From NCBI RefSeq assembly GCF_035999125.1, contig NZ_DASYGX010000005.1, positions 46,159-110,158 on the forward strand: a stretch of 64,000 nucleotides of DNA, read 5' to 3'. The notes under the pieces were generated by a model. That model was not told the origin of the DNA. It saw only the letters and a program-made list of their open reading frames with translations, and did no database searches. This document shows, piece by piece, positions 1 to 9,274 of this stretch. Position 1 is the stretch's first letter, and each line of letters opens with the position of its first letter. The stretch comes from Brevundimonas sp. (GTDB lineage: Bacteria > Pseudomonadota > Alphaproteobacteria > Caulobacterales > Caulobacteraceae). Position numbers and translations under genes: made by a program.

Positions 1-630
1 GACCTGCGGGCCCTTGGCCTCGGGCCGGACGTCATAGATGTAGGTGCGGATCCGGTCGCCGATGTTGAACACCTCGCGCGGGATCGAGTCGTTGCGGCGC
101 ATGATGCCCTCGCCGCGGCCCAGGTCGACGATGGTGTTGCCGTATTCCACGCGCTTGACCGTGCCGTTGACGATCTCGCCGACGCGATCCTTGAACTCTT
201 CGTACTGGTTGGCACGCTCGGCGTCGCGGACCTTCCCCATGACCACTTGCCGGGCCATCTGGGTCTGGACGCGGCCGAACTCGAACGGCGGCAGGTCCTC
301 GACGTATTCCTTGCCGACCACGGCCTCCGGATCGCGCTTCAGGGCGTCCTTCAGGCGCACCATGGCGCTGTCGTTGAACTCTTCCAGCTCGTCTTCCGGC
401 TGCCAGTCGTCCTCCACGATGGTGACGTGGCGGGTCAGCGCCATCTCGCCGGTCTTGGGGTCCATCCTGGCGCGGATGTCGTGGTGGGCGCCGTAGCGGG
501 ACTTGGCGCCCTTCTGCACGGCCTCCTCGATCGCCTCGATGACGATCTCCTTGTCGATGTTCTTCTCGCGCGCGACCGCGTCGGCGATCTGGAGAAGTTC
601 GAGACGGTTCGCGGAAACGCCGACGGCCAT
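1..630 (-). CDS. nusA: Transcription termination/antitermination factor NusA, N-terminal part; the gene continues past the window edge
   Basis: Reverse translation from the ATG (rc of cat at 628-630) gives MAVGVSANRLELLQIADAVAREKNIDKEIVIEAIEEAVQKGAKSRYG..., a typical NusA N-terminus. It lies directly downstream of rimP, as in the conserved rimP-nusA-infB operon. Confidence 0.85.
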   Translation of the reverse strand, partial: MAVGVSANRLELLQIADAVAREKNIDKEIVIEAIEEAVQKGAKSRYGAHHDIRARMDPKTGEMALTRHVTIVEDDWQPEDELEEFNDSAMVRLKDALKRDPEAVVGKEYVEDLPPFEFGRVQTQMARQVVMGKVRDAERANQYEEFKDRVGEIVNGTVKRVEYGNTIVDLGRGEGIMRRNDSIPREVFNIGDRIRTYIYDVRPEAKGPQV

Positions 631-641
631 GGGTTCGGTCC

Positions 642-1196
642 TCAGTCTTCTTCGGTTTCAGTGCGGGCGGCGCGCTTTTCGGCCCCCGCCTTCATCAGTT
701 GATCGGTCAGCACCAGCTTGGCGTCGGCCAGCCAGGCGAAAGGCAGAAGGGCGGTGTCCTCCTCGCCCTCCAGGTCGATGAGGACGTCGTCCCCCTCCAC
801 GCCGGCCAGCACCCCCTTGAAGCGCTTGCGGCCCTCGACCATGCGGTCGGTCTCGATACGGGCCTCGTAGCCTTCGAAGGTGTCGAAGTCCTCCAGCCGC
901 GTCAGGGGGCGGTCGATGCCGGGCGACGACACCTCCAGCAGCCACTCGCCGGCGATCGGGTCGGCGGCGTCGAACACCTCGGACACGGCCCGGCTCAGCC
1001 TGGCGCATTCCTCGACCGAGATGTCGTGATCGAAGGGGCGCTCGGCCATGATCTGCAGGCGCCGCCGCTGGGTTCCGCCCATCAGCCGCACGCGCACGAC
1101 CGCCAGGCCCAAAGCCTCGGCGATGGGCTCGATCAGCTCCAGCAGCTGGCGATCTTCGGCGGTTTTGGCCTTCAAGGCGGGCGCGATCCAAAACAA
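642..1196 (-). CDS. rimP: Ribosome maturation factor RimP
   Basis: 184-aa ORF containing [13 protein letters not shown], the characteristic RimP motif. Position immediately upstream of nusA. Confidence 0.9.
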   Translation of the reverse strand: MFWIAPALKAKTAEDRQLLELIEPIAEALGLAVVRVRLMGGTQRRRLQIMAERPFDHDISVEECARLSRAVSEVFDAADPIAGEWLLEVSSPGIDRPLTRLEDFDTFEGYEARIETDRMVEGRKRFKGVLAGVEGDDVLIDLEGEEDTALLPFAWLADAKLVLTDQLMKAGAEKRAARTETEED

Positions 1197-1289
1197 AAGC
1201 GGCGCCCGATCCGGACGCCGCTCGATCGGCGCCGCTAGGCCGCCGGTCTAACGATGTGAGCGGCCGTATAAACCGGGCGAACCGCCTTG

Positions 1290-1784
1290 TCAGCCCCTGA
1301 GTGCGACCGAGGCATAGATCGCGCCCGCGCAGGGGCCGGACGCTAGGATGCCCAGCATCATGAGCGTCCCCTCCAGCTGCGAAACCTCTCCCAGCGCCGA
1401 TGCCCAGGGCGCGAGGATCAGGCCGGCGCCCGGCATCACGGCGTGAAGCCCCAAACTGGCCGCCAGGTATAGTCCGGAGGCAAGACCTCCGGCGGCCGTC
1501 ATTCCGACCCGCGTCCGCAGCGGCCGGGTTCCGAAAAGCCAGAGCAGCACCGCGCCGCCGAAGATCAAACTCTGAACCGCGCCCAGGAAGGTCGCCAACA
1601 TGACGAGGAACAAAAGTCCCGGCAGCGCGCGCAGAACGTCCTGCCAATCCGTGCCGGGCCCGATTTCGCTGATGCCGATGGCCGCCATGGCCCATACCGT
1701 GGCTATGCCTGGGGCCAGGATCGCCGCCGACAGCAGTCCTGCCAGGTCGAAATTTCGTGCGGCGCGATCGGCGGCCATCGTCAC
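1290..1784 (-). CDS. Hypothetical multi-pass membrane protein
   Basis: 164-aa ORF made of several hydrophobic Gly/Ala/Leu-rich segments. GTG start at 1784 overlaps the stop of the upstream cyclase gene; an ATG at 1778 is an alternative. No recognisable family. Confidence 0.5.
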   Translation of the reverse strand: MTMAADRAARNFDLAGLLSAAILAPGIATVWAMAAIGISEIGPGTDWQDVLRALPGLLFLVMLATFLGAVQSLIFGGAVLLWLFGTRPLRTRVGMTAAGGLASGLYLAASLGLHAVMPGAGLILAPWASALGEVSQLEGTLMMLGILASGPCAGAIYASVALRG

Positions 1785-2431
1785 CCCACCACCGCGAACG
1801 CCCGAACCGGAAACGTACCGAAACCCTTCACCTTGGGAGGCGAAGCGGTGAAGCGGAAGCCGGCATCGGGCAACAGCTCCAGTCCGCGCATATGCTCCAC
1901 TATGGGTACGCCGGCGCCCAGCAGGCGGGAATGGACCGGCCGGGCGCGGATGCGCGTGTCGTCGATGTTGTGCGAGTCGATGCCCACCAGCGCCGCGCCC
2001 GCCTCGACCAGTCGATCCGCCGCAGCCGCCGTCAGGAAGGGATGGCCCTCGTAATAGGCCTCCGTCCGCCAGTGCCGGCTCCAGCCGGTGTGGACCAGCA
2101 CAGCGCGGCCGGCGACGTCCAAACCGTCGAACAGGTCGCCGTCGATCGCCATTCGGTCGACGACGCGCACCACCAGGCCCGGCAGATCGGCGACGCGCTC
2201 CACCCCGACCTGCGACAGATCCTCGCCGTCGGCGTACCGATGGAACGGAGTGTCCAGATAGGTCCCGGTATTGCCGACCATGGTGATCTGGCCGATCTGG
2301 AACTCCGTGCCCGGATCATAGGCGGCCCGCGACGCCTCGCGGCTCAGCCAGTCGCAGACGTGCGGCGCGGGCAGACCCTTGTAGGTCACCATGCCGTCCT
2401 CGATGACGTGGCTGAGGTCGATCAGGGTCAC
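1781..2431 (-). CDS. Cyclase family protein (kynurenine formamidase-like)
   Basis: 216-aa ORF. The N-terminus MTLIDLSHVIEDGMVTYKGLP and the later NTGTYLDTPFH and HTGW segments resemble the putative cyclase/arylformamidase fold. GTGA overlap with the trmB stop. Confidence 0.7.
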   Translation of the reverse strand: MTLIDLSHVIEDGMVTYKGLPAPHVCDWLSREASRAAYDPGTEFQIGQITMVGNTGTYLDTPFHRYADGEDLSQVGVERVADLPGLVVRVVDRMAIDGDLFDGLDVAGRAVLVHTGWSRHWRTEAYYEGHPFLTAAAADRLVEAGAALVGIDSHNIDDTRIRARPVHSRLLGAGVPIVEHMRGLELLPDAGFRFTASPPKVKGFGTFPVRAFAVVG

Positions 2432-3108
2432 GTGAGTTCGAACTCCAGAAAGATCGGCGGGGTGTCGCCCAGCCGCTTCTCCTCATAGCGCGTGACGACG
2501 TGGTCGGCCGGGGCGATCCGCCAGTCGTCGGCGCTTTCGGCCAGCCAGGTCAGCCCCGGCGTCGCCCGCAGCCGCTCCAGCGCCCAGTCGGCGTAGTCCT
2601 TCCAGTCGGTGACGAAGCGCAAACGGCCGCCGGGCTTCAGCACCCGGACCAGCTCGGCCGTGAACTCCGGCTGGATCAGGCGGCGCTTGTTGTGCCGCGC
2701 CTTCTGCCAGGGGTCGGGGAACAGGATGAAGACCCGGTCCAGCGACGCGTCCGGCAGGGCATGGACCACGTCACGTCCGTCGTCGGGGTGGATGCGCACG
2801 TTCCTGAGGCCGCTCTCGTCGACGTGGCGCAGGGCCGAGGCGACGCCGTTGACGAAGGGCTCGCAGCCGATGACCAGCACGTCCGGACGGCGCGCCGCCT
2901 GCGCCGCCATGTGCTCGCCGCCGCCGAAACCGATCTCCAGCCAGACATGTGTCGCGTCGGGCATGAGGGTCGCCGGATCGATCGGCCCCGCCTTCGGATC
3001 GGGCACGCGGATGGAGGGCAGCAGGGTGTCGAACAGCGCCGCCTGACGCGGCTTCACGGCGCGCGACTTGATGCGGCCGAAGGAGCGGAGCGGCGGATGG
3101 GCGGACAT
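2428..3108 (-). CDS. trmB: tRNA (guanine-N7)-methyltransferase TrmB
   Basis: Contains EIGFGGGEH (SAM-binding motif) and FPDPWQKARHNKRRL, both typical of TrmB. I chose the start at MSAHPPL (3108). The longer ORF reaching 3264 would run into metK. Confidence 0.85.
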   Translation of the reverse strand: MSAHPPLRSFGRIKSRAVKPRQAALFDTLLPSIRVPDPKAGPIDPATLMPDATHVWLEIGFGGGEHMAAQAARRPDVLVIGCEPFVNGVASALRHVDESGLRNVRIHPDDGRDVVHALPDASLDRVFILFPDPWQKARHNKRRLIQPEFTAELVRVLKPGGRLRFVTDWKDYADWALERLRATPGLTWLAESADDWRIAPADHVVTRYEEKRLGDTPPIFLEFELT

Positions 3109-3218
3109 CGGGCGGCTATAGCCGCCGAGGGTACTGGGGACTAGGGATTGGGGGCTGGGAAGGCCGGCGCTGGTCGCCCGTGACCTCACCGATCCCCAGT
3201 CCCCAGTCCCGGCCGCTT

Positions 3219-4424
3219 TCAGACCAGCGCCTTCAGCCTGTCGACCAGATCGGTCTTCTCCCACGAGAACCCGCCGTCGGCGTCCGGCTTCTGGCCGAAA
3301 TGGCCATAGGCGGCGGTGCGGGCGTAGATCGGCCTGTTGAGGCCCAGGTGGGTGCGGATGGCGCGCGGCGTGGCGCCGCCGATCAGGGCCGGCAGTTCGC
3401 GCTCCAGCACTTCTTCGGCGATCTTGCCGGTGCCGTGCAGGTCGACGTGGACCGACTGGGGCTGGGCCACGCCGATGGCATAGGCCAGCTGGATGGTGCA
3501 GCGGTCGGCCAGACCGGCGGCGACCACGTTTTTGGCCAGATAGCGCGCGGCGTAGGCGGCCGAGCGATCGACCTTGGTCGGATCCTTGCCCGAGAAGGCG
3601 CCGCCCCCATGCGGGGCCGCGCCGCCGTAGGTGTCGACGATGATCTTGCGGCCGGTCAGACCGGTGTCGCCGTCGGGACCGCCGATCTCGAAGACGCCGG
3701 TCGGATTGATGTGCCAGACGGTCTGGTCGGTGATGAAATCGGCCGGAAGGACGTCACGGACCACCGGCTCGACGACCTTGCGCACGTCGGCCTGGGTCAG
3801 GCCCTTCGCGTGCTGGGTGGAGACGACGATCGAGGTGGCGCGCACCGGGCGACCGCTCTCGTAGAACAGGGTGACCTGGCTCTTGGCGTCGGGCTCCAGC
3901 GCCTTCTCGCCGGCGTGGCGCAGGGCGGCTAGGCGTCGCAGGATCTCGTGGCTGTAGGCCAGGGTGGCCGGCATCAGCTCCGGCGTCTCGTTCGAGGCGT
4001 AGCCGAACATGATGCCCTGATCGCCGGCGCCCTCGTCCTTGTCGTCGGTCGCGTCCACGCCCACGGCGATGTCCACCGACTGGCCATGCAAATGGTTTGA
4101 GAGTTCGAACGTCTTCCAGTGGAAGCCGTCCTGCTCATAGCCGATGTCCTTCACGGCCGCTCGGACCGCGTCCTCGATCTGCCGCTCGACGCCTGGGGCC
4201 CAGACCCATTTGCCGTGGGCGTCCGTCTCGCCGACGCCTCTCACCCGGATCTCGCCCGCGAGGATCACTCGGTCGGTGGTGGTCAGGGTCTCGCACGCCA
4301 CGCGCGCCTCGGGGTCGCGGGCCAGGAACAGATCGACGATCGTGTCGGAGATGCGGTCGGCCACCTTGTCCGGGTGCCCTTCGGACACGCTTTCCGAGGT
4401 GAAATGAAAGGTGGTGCGGCTCAC
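3219..4424 (-). CDS. metK: S-adenosylmethionine synthase MetK
   Basis: [20 protein letters not shown] plus the Gly-rich [19 protein letters not shown] loop. GTG at 4424 with a GGAG 9 nt upstream gives a canonical N-terminal length. The ORF-track ATG at 4469 would add 15 residues. Confidence 0.93.
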   Translation of the reverse strand: MSRTTFHFTSESVSEGHPDKVADRISDTIVDLFLARDPEARVACETLTTTDRVILAGEIRVRGVGETDAHGKWVWAPGVERQIEDAVRAAVKDIGYEQDGFHWKTFELSNHLHGQSVDIAVGVDATDDKDEGAGDQGIMFGYASNETPELMPATLAYSHEILRRLAALRHAGEKALEPDAKSQVTLFYESGRPVRATSIVVSTQHAKGLTQADVRKVVEPVVRDVLPADFITDQTVWHINPTGVFEIGGPDGDTGLTGRKIIVDTYGGAAPHGGGAFSGKDPTKVDRSAAYAARYLAKNVVAAGLADRCTIQLAYAIGVAQPQSVHVDLHGTGKIAEEVLERELPALIGGATPRAIRTHLGLNRPIYARTAAYGHFGQKPDADGGFSWEKTDLVDRLKALV

Positions 4425-4490
4425 GGACGGCTCCGGCTCGGGGCGGGGAGCGCATACATATAAAGACATCCTTATATGTGCAAGGCGCGG

Positions 4491-5135
4491 TCAGCCGCGC
4501 GCGCGCGCGCTCCGGATCAGCTGCGCCGTCCGCTCCGGCCCCAGCTGGTGGTTCAGGCTGATGCGCGACCGGCCGTCGGGGCCCATCAGCCAGATCGCGA
4601 GAGAGTGGTTCATGGTGTAGCCCTCGCCCTCGCCGACCTTCTCGTAATAGGCGCCGTAGGCCCGGGCGACCGAGGCGATCTGGTCCGGCGTGCCGGTCAG
4701 GCCGATCACGCCGGGCGGAAAGCCCTCGCTGGAGAGGTAGTTCTTCAGCATCTGCGGCGTGTCGCGCTCGGGGTCCACGGAGACGAAGATCACCTGCAGG
4801 TCCTCGCCCTGGGCGCCCAGTTCGCGCTTCGTGACGTCGATCATGGCCAGGGTCGTCGGGCAGTAGTCGGGGCAGTAGGAGAAGCCGAAGAAGACCAGGC
4901 TCCAGCGGTCCTTCAGGATGTCTTCGGTCACCCGGCGCCCGTCCTGATCGGTCAGGACGAAGGGGCCGCCGACTTTGGGCTGGCCCGTTCCGCCGGCCTG
5001 GATCGACATGCCCGCCGCGCCGGCGGCCGGCGCCGCCTTTTCGCGCGCGCCGACCACGAGGAAGGTGACCAGGGCCAGGGCCAGGGCGATGCCGGAGACG
5101 GCGGCGGCGAACAGAACGACGGTGCGGCGCGGCAA
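4491..5135 (-). CDS. senC: SCO1/SenC family copper chaperone / thiol-disulfide protein
   Basis: 214 aa with an N-terminal TM anchor and FFGFSYCPDYCP (CxxxC motif of the SCO family). Divergent from regB, as in Rhodobacter-type senC/regB/regA loci. Confidence 0.87.
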   Translation of the reverse strand: MPRRTVVLFAAAVSGIALALALVTFLVVGAREKAAPAAGAAGMSIQAGGTGQPKVGGPFVLTDQDGRRVTEDILKDRWSLVFFGFSYCPDYCPTTLAMIDVTKRELGAQGEDLQVIFVSVDPERDTPQMLKNYLSSEGFPPGVIGLTGTPDQIASVARAYGAYYEKVGEGEGYTMNHSLAIWLMGPDGRSRISLNHQLGPERTAQLIRSARARG

Positions 5136-5190
5136 CGCAGGCCTCCGGGGCGGGGTCGTGAAGGGAAGTCGCGGCGTCTATACGGGCGAG

Positions 5191-6648
5191 GTGAGCCCTC
5201 TGGAAGCCGACTCCGCGCCGCACGCCGCCCGCCCGGGCTGGACCGACCTGCCGCGCCGCGGGCGGGGCCTGTCGCTGCGCACCCTGATCATCCTGCGCTG
5301 GATGGCGGTGACGGGGCAGAGCGCGACCGTCTTCGTAGCCACGGCCATCCTGCATTTCGATCTGCCGCTGATGGCGTGCATGGCGGCGATCGCGGCGGGC
5401 GCGGGCTTCAACCTTTACGCCACGTCGGAGCTGCGGAGCCTGGACCCGCATCCGGCGGACGGCCGACGCACGGCGCTGCACCTCGGCTTCGACATGATCC
5501 AGCTGACGGTGCTGCTGGCGCTGACCGGGGGGCTTCAAAACCCCTTCTGCCTGCTGCTGGTCGCGCCGGTGACGGTGGCGGCGGCGTCCCTGCCGGCGCG
5601 CCAGGCGCTGGCGCTGGGGGCGCTGGCCCTGCTGGCGGCGGTGGCGCTTTTCCACTGGTCGATGCCCCTGCCGTGGGCCAAGGGGACGGAGCTGGACCTG
5701 CCGCCGCTGTATCGCTTCGGCATCGGCCTGGCGCTGGTGACGGGCGTGGTCTTCACCGCCACCTACGCGTGGCGCGTGGCGGCCGATGCGGAGAAGCTGG
5801 AGCTGGCGCTGGCCACCACCCAGGACGTGCTGCAGCGCGAGCAGCGGCTGGCGGCGCTGGGCGGCTTGGCGGCGGCGGCGGCGCATGAGCTGGGCACGCC
5901 GCTGGCCACCATCCAGGTCGTGGCCAAGGAGATGCGGCGGGCCGCCTCGGCGGACCCGGCCCTGTTGGAGGACGCCCAGCTGATCCTGGAGCAGGCCGAG
6001 CGCTGCCGCGACATCCTGAAGCGCCTCAGCCAGGCGCCGGAGGACGACGGGGCGCTTTCGGGCGCGGTCAGCCTGCGCGCTCTGCTGGAGGAGGTGATCC
6101 AGCCGCATCGCGGCTTCGACCTGGACTTCGAGGCCGCGGTGCGCACCCGGTCGGGCGAGCGGCCCCCGCACGTGCGCCGCCTGCCGGAGGTGGTGCACGG
6201 CCTGTCGACCCTGGTGGAGAACGCCGCCGACTTCGCGGCCGGCGCCGTGAGGGTCGAGGCGACGATCGACGCCGGATGGATCGAGATCTCGGTGCTGGAC
6301 GACGGACCGGGCTTCGCGCAGGACATCCTGCCGCGTCTCGGCGAGCCCTATGTGACCAGCCGACCCCAAGGCAAGGCGCGGCGCGCCCTGACGGCCCAGA
6401 TCGCCGCCGCGGCGCAGGCCGCCTCCGGGCGCCGGGGACGCAAGGGCGCTCCACCGCCTGCGGCCACGCCCGTCGCGCCCAGCCAGGGCGGAATGGGTCT
6501 GGGTTTCTTCATCGCCCGCACCCTGCTGGAGCGCAGCGGGGGCGAGGTGTCCGTCGGCTCAGCCGAACAGGCCGATCCGCCGATGAGGGGCGCGCGCGTC
6601 ACCGTCCGCTGGCCCCGGCCGGCGCTCGAATCGTCGCAGGCGGCCTGA
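5191..6648 (+). CDS. regB: Redox-responsive sensor histidine kinase RegB/PrrB/ActS type
   Basis: Multi-TM N-terminus, H-box AAAAHELGTPLATI, and a C-terminal GMGLGFFIARTLLE ATP-lid motif. Followed by regA. The start is set at the in-frame GTG at 5191, just past the senC start. The ORF-track start at 4975 overlaps senC. Confidence 0.85.
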   Translation: MSPLEADSAPHAARPGWTDLPRRGRGLSLRTLIILRWMAVTGQSATVFVATAILHFDLPLMACMAAIAAGAGFNLYATSELRSLDPHPADGRRTALHLGFDMIQLTVLLALTGGLQNPFCLLLVAPVTVAAASLPARQALALGALALLAAVALFHWSMPLPWAKGTELDLPPLYRFGIGLALVTGVVFTATYAWRVAADAEKLELALATTQDVLQREQRLAALGGLAAAAAHELGTPLATIQVVAKEMRRAASADPALLEDAQLILEQAERCRDILKRLSQAPEDDGALSGAVSLRALLEEVIQPHRGFDLDFEAAVRTRSGERPPHVRRLPEVVHGLSTLVENAADFAAGAVRVEATIDAGWIEISVLDDGPGFAQDILPRLGEPYVTSRPQGKARRALTAQIAAAAQAASGRRGRKGAPPPAATPVAPSQGGMGLGFFIARTLLERSGGEVSVGSAEQADPPMRGARVTVRWPRPALESSQAA

Positions 6649-6679
6649 GGCGCTTGCGTCCGGACGCGGACGGTAAGAG

Positions 6680-7258
6680 ATGAACGGCCCGAAGGAGTTT
6701 CCCATGACCGACGCCGACGCCCGCGTGGCCGCGCTCGCCGACAAGTCGCTTCTCCTGCTCGACGACGATCAGGCCCTGCGCAACCGCATGGGCCGCGCGC
6801 TGGAAAGCCGGGGGTTCGAGGTTGTGACCGCCGCGTCGGTGGCCGAGGCCGGCGTGGCCCTGGCGCAGCGGGCGCCGGCCTTCGCCGTGCTGGACATGCG
6901 GCTGGAGGACGGCAACGGTCTGAAGGTCGTCGAGATGATCCGCGACCGGCGCGAGGACGCGCGCATCGTCATGCTGACCGGGTACGGCGCCATCGCCACC
7001 GCCGTGGCGGCGGTGAAGGCCGGCGCGGTCGACTATCTGCAGAAACCCGCAGACGCCGACGACGTGGTCAAGGCCCTGCTGATGACCGGCGAGGCGCCCG
7101 AGCCGCCCGAGAACCCCATGAGCGCCGACCGCGTGCGGTGGGAGCACATCCAGCGCGTCTATGAGCTGTGCGACCACAACGTCTCGGAAACGGCGCGGCG
7201 CCTGGGCATGCACCGGCGGACGCTGCAGCGGATTCTGGCGAAGCGCGCGCCGCGGTAG
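6680..7258 (+). CDS. regA: Response regulator RegA/PrrA/ActR (REC + Fis-type HTH)
   Basis: LLLLDDD...AVLDMRLEDGNGL...MLTGYG receiver motifs and the near-invariant C-terminal HNVSETARRLGMHRRTLQRILAKRAPR helix-turn-helix. An alternative start is MTDAD at 6704. Confidence 0.9.
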   Translation: MNGPKEFPMTDADARVAALADKSLLLLDDDQALRNRMGRALESRGFEVVTAASVAEAGVALAQRAPAFAVLDMRLEDGNGLKVVEMIRDRREDARIVMLTGYGAIATAVAAVKAGAVDYLQKPADADDVVKALLMTGEAPEPPENPMSADRVRWEHIQRVYELCDHNVSETARRLGMHRRTLQRILAKRAPR

Positions 7259-7306
7259 GGCCCAGGCAGCGGCCATCGGCCGGGGCCGGAGCTCGCATCT
7301 GGCAGT

Positions 7307-7481
7307 GCTGGTTCGTCACAAAGAACACCAAGGACCACTAAGGACACCAAGGAACCCAGCGCGGAGCGCCGCAGGCATTTCTTCGTCGCAGGACGATAAG
7401 GCGCTGCGCGCGGCCACGGGCACAGGCCCCTTCGTGTCCTTGGTGGCTTTCCTTCCTTCGTGTCCTTGGTGACGAACCAGC
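7307..7481. repeat. 175-bp low-GC palindromic intergenic element with perfect 13-bp terminal inverted repeats
   Basis: gctggttcgtcac at 7307-7319 is the exact reverse complement of gtgacgaaccagc at 7469-7481. Both arms carry phased copies of a caccaaggac/gtccttggtg motif; cttcgtgtccttggtg occurs twice, about 26 nt apart. It lies between the convergent 3' ends of regA and the MmcB-like gene. Confidence 0.6.
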
Positions 7482-7512
7482 CGGCGTCCAGACCAGGCTC
7501 GACTCCTGACAC

Positions 7513-8052
7513 CTACCCCCTCAGCGCCCGCATCGCCCCAAGCCGAGCGAACGCCAACGTCAGCGCCTTGCGGCGCGCCGGGGCCAGTGGGCTGAGGGTG
7601 GCCTCGCGCACCACCGCGCCCCCGAACTGGTCCGCGACGATCAGGCCGCAGTCGCTTTCGATCAGATCGTGGGGAAAGCCGGGGTCGACGGCGAACCAGA
7701 AGGCGTCGCAGAAGGGGCCGTACTCGCGCCACTTCCCGTCGCAACGGAAGTCTTCGACCCCCGACTTCACCTCGACGATGACGATCTCGCCGCGCGGGCC
7801 CAGCGCCATGACGTCGGCGCGCCGGCCGTTGGGCAGGCCAACTTCCAGCAGGGGCGCGTACCCCATGTCGCCCAGCAGGCGCGCTGCCCCCCGCGTCACC
7901 GCCAGCGTGGTCTCCGGCCGGGAGAAGACGAGATCGATCTGCAGAGCCGAGGCCGCCATGGCCGCATATGTTCCGGTTGTGTTCCGGAGGTCAAGGACAT
8001 GTGCGTCCGGTCGAACGGGGGACGGGGCCGAGGCCCGCCCCCGCGACGTCAT
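7513..8052 (-). CDS. MmcB family DNA repair protein (DUF2161-like nuclease fold)
   Basis: 179 aa. The segment RRADVMALGPRGEIVIVEVKSGVEDFRCDGKWREY resembles the restriction-endonuclease-like core of MmcB-family proteins. ATGA overlap with the upstream GNAT gene. Confidence 0.65.
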   Translation of the reverse strand: MTSRGRASAPSPVRPDAHVLDLRNTTGTYAAMAASALQIDLVFSRPETTLAVTRGAARLLGDMGYAPLLEVGLPNGRRADVMALGPRGEIVIVEVKSGVEDFRCDGKWREYGPFCDAFWFAVDPGFPHDLIESDCGLIVADQFGGAVVREATLSPLAPARRKALTLAFARLGAMRALRG

Positions 8053-8522
8053 CCGGTCAGCATCTTCCAGAACACGACCTTGTCTTCTCCGGCCGCATAG
8101 AAGGCCGGAATGCGCGCCACCTCGACATAGCCGAGTTTACGGTAAACGGCCCGCGTGCGGTCGAACTCCGGCAGGGCCGAGGTTTCGACCAGCAGGAGTC
8201 GCTCTCTCCGGTTTGAAAGTGCGGTCTCAAGGTGAGCGGTCAGGCGCGATCCGACGCCCTTGCCCTGCTCCGTATCGAGGACGGCGATCAGAAGCAGGTT
8301 CCAGGTCCGGTCGGTCAGTCGTTCGGGGGCGCAGTAGACGAGACCTATGACCGCGTCGTTCCGTGACGCGACGAACCAGAGTTCGTCGCCGGAGTCAGCG
8401 CCCAAATAGGCCGCCGTCATGTCGTGGAGCATTTCGCCGGGAAAAAGGCCGGTCGAATCGACGACGGCCTTCGCGGCAATCAGATCTTCGGCCGCAAGCG
8501 GCCTGATGTTCAGGGTGTTCAA
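8049..8522 (-). CDS. GNAT family N-acetyltransferase
   Basis: 157 aa with LLIAVLDTEQGKGVGSRLTAHLE (acetyl-CoA binding Q/RxxGxG/A motif) and YRKLGY. Confidence 0.8.
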   Translation of the reverse strand: MNTLNIRPLAAEDLIAAKAVVDSTGLFPGEMLHDMTAAYLGADSGDELWFVASRNDAVIGLVYCAPERLTDRTWNLLLIAVLDTEQGKGVGSRLTAHLETALSNRRERLLLVETSALPEFDRTRAVYRKLGYVEVARIPAFYAAGEDKVVFWKMLTG

Positions 8523-8705
8523 CGCAGTTCTCGCTGTATGATGTCAGGCATGAAAAAGCGCGCGCCCAAGGGCGTCGCGGCATCCGGGCGCTCTCCCTTC
8601 GAAGAGCGCGCCTGAATCAGGCGGTGCGTGCGAGAACTGACAAAAAGTCTCCTGCCGTAAGGCAATCTCACCCTACGTCTTCGTCACGTGTCCTCGCAAG
8701 CCGCT

Positions 8706-9227
8706 TCACCCGCCCGTCGTCACCACTCGTGAGGTGTCCAGCCCCAGTTGCCGCGCGCGGGCCAGGGTCTGGCTGCGGACGGCGGCGGAGGGGCTCTGGC
8801 TGCGGTGCCAGATCCACCAGTCGGACTTGTTCGGCAGGGCCAGGATGGCCCAGCTGTAGTCGGGCGCGTGCGCATAGACCCAGTAGTTCTGGCCCGCCAG
8901 GCCGCCGAAGCTCAGCAGGCCGCGCATCGTGAATCGGAACTTGGCGTTGTTGTCCGGATCGATTCGGGCATCGGCGCGCAGGATCTCGCTGCGTCCGTCG
9001 GCGGCGCGAACGCAGGTGACCGTCAGGCCGTAACGGTCGGCGCGCGACGTCGGCGTGAAGTCGATCTGAGCCCGGCGGCAATCCTTTTGCACGTCGTTGG
9101 GGCTGCGGGCGATCTCGAACCAGGTCCCGTCGAACCGGTTCAGCTCCAGACCCGAGACCTGGGCCTGGGCGTCGGGGGCGGTCAGGGCCAGCGTCAGCGC
9201 GGCGGCGGCGGCGAGGACGTGTCGCAA
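8706..9227 (-). CDS. Lipocalin family protein (Blc-like), exported
   Basis: 173 aa with a signal peptide ending in APDAQAQ, then FDGTWFEIAR (lipocalin SCR1-like GxWyEIa motif) and a YWV...DYSWAI segment. Confidence 0.75.
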   Translation of the reverse strand: MRHVLAAAAALTLALTAPDAQAQVSGLELNRFDGTWFEIARSPNDVQKDCRRAQIDFTPTSRADRYGLTVTCVRAADGRSEILRADARIDPDNNAKFRFTMRGLLSFGGLAGQNYWVYAHAPDYSWAILALPNKSDWWIWHRSQSPSAAVRSQTLARARQLGLDTSRVVTTGG

Positions 9228-9274
9228 GGGCGGTCTCCTGGTGTGGTCGATCCGTCAGATACGCGAACGCGAGC

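Noticed and set aside
4424-4490. SAM riboswitch upstream of metK
   Set aside because: Only about 66 nt are available before the upstream gene, and I could not recognise a SAM-II, SAM-V or SAM/SAH-like pseudoknot consensus by eye. An Rfam scan would be needed to exclude it formally.
4135-6369. 744-aa minus-strand ORF spanning metK, senC and regB
   Set aside because: The translation is Arg/Pro/Gly/Ala-rich low-complexity junk. It runs antisense or out of frame to three genes with clear family motifs. This is a typical high-GC shadow ORF.
7307-7481. Possible CRISPR-like array, because of the repeated caccaaggac motif
   Set aside because: There are only a few short (about 10-15 nt) imperfect copies arranged as an inverted structure. 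There are no regular spacers and no cas genes.
8049-8522. GNAT gene overlapping the MmcB-like gene, as a possible GNAT-type toxin-antitoxin pair
   Set aside because: GNAT toxins pair with a small upstream RHH antitoxin, and there is none here. The downstream partner is a nuclease-fold DNA repair family protein. This is most likely ordinary operon coupling.
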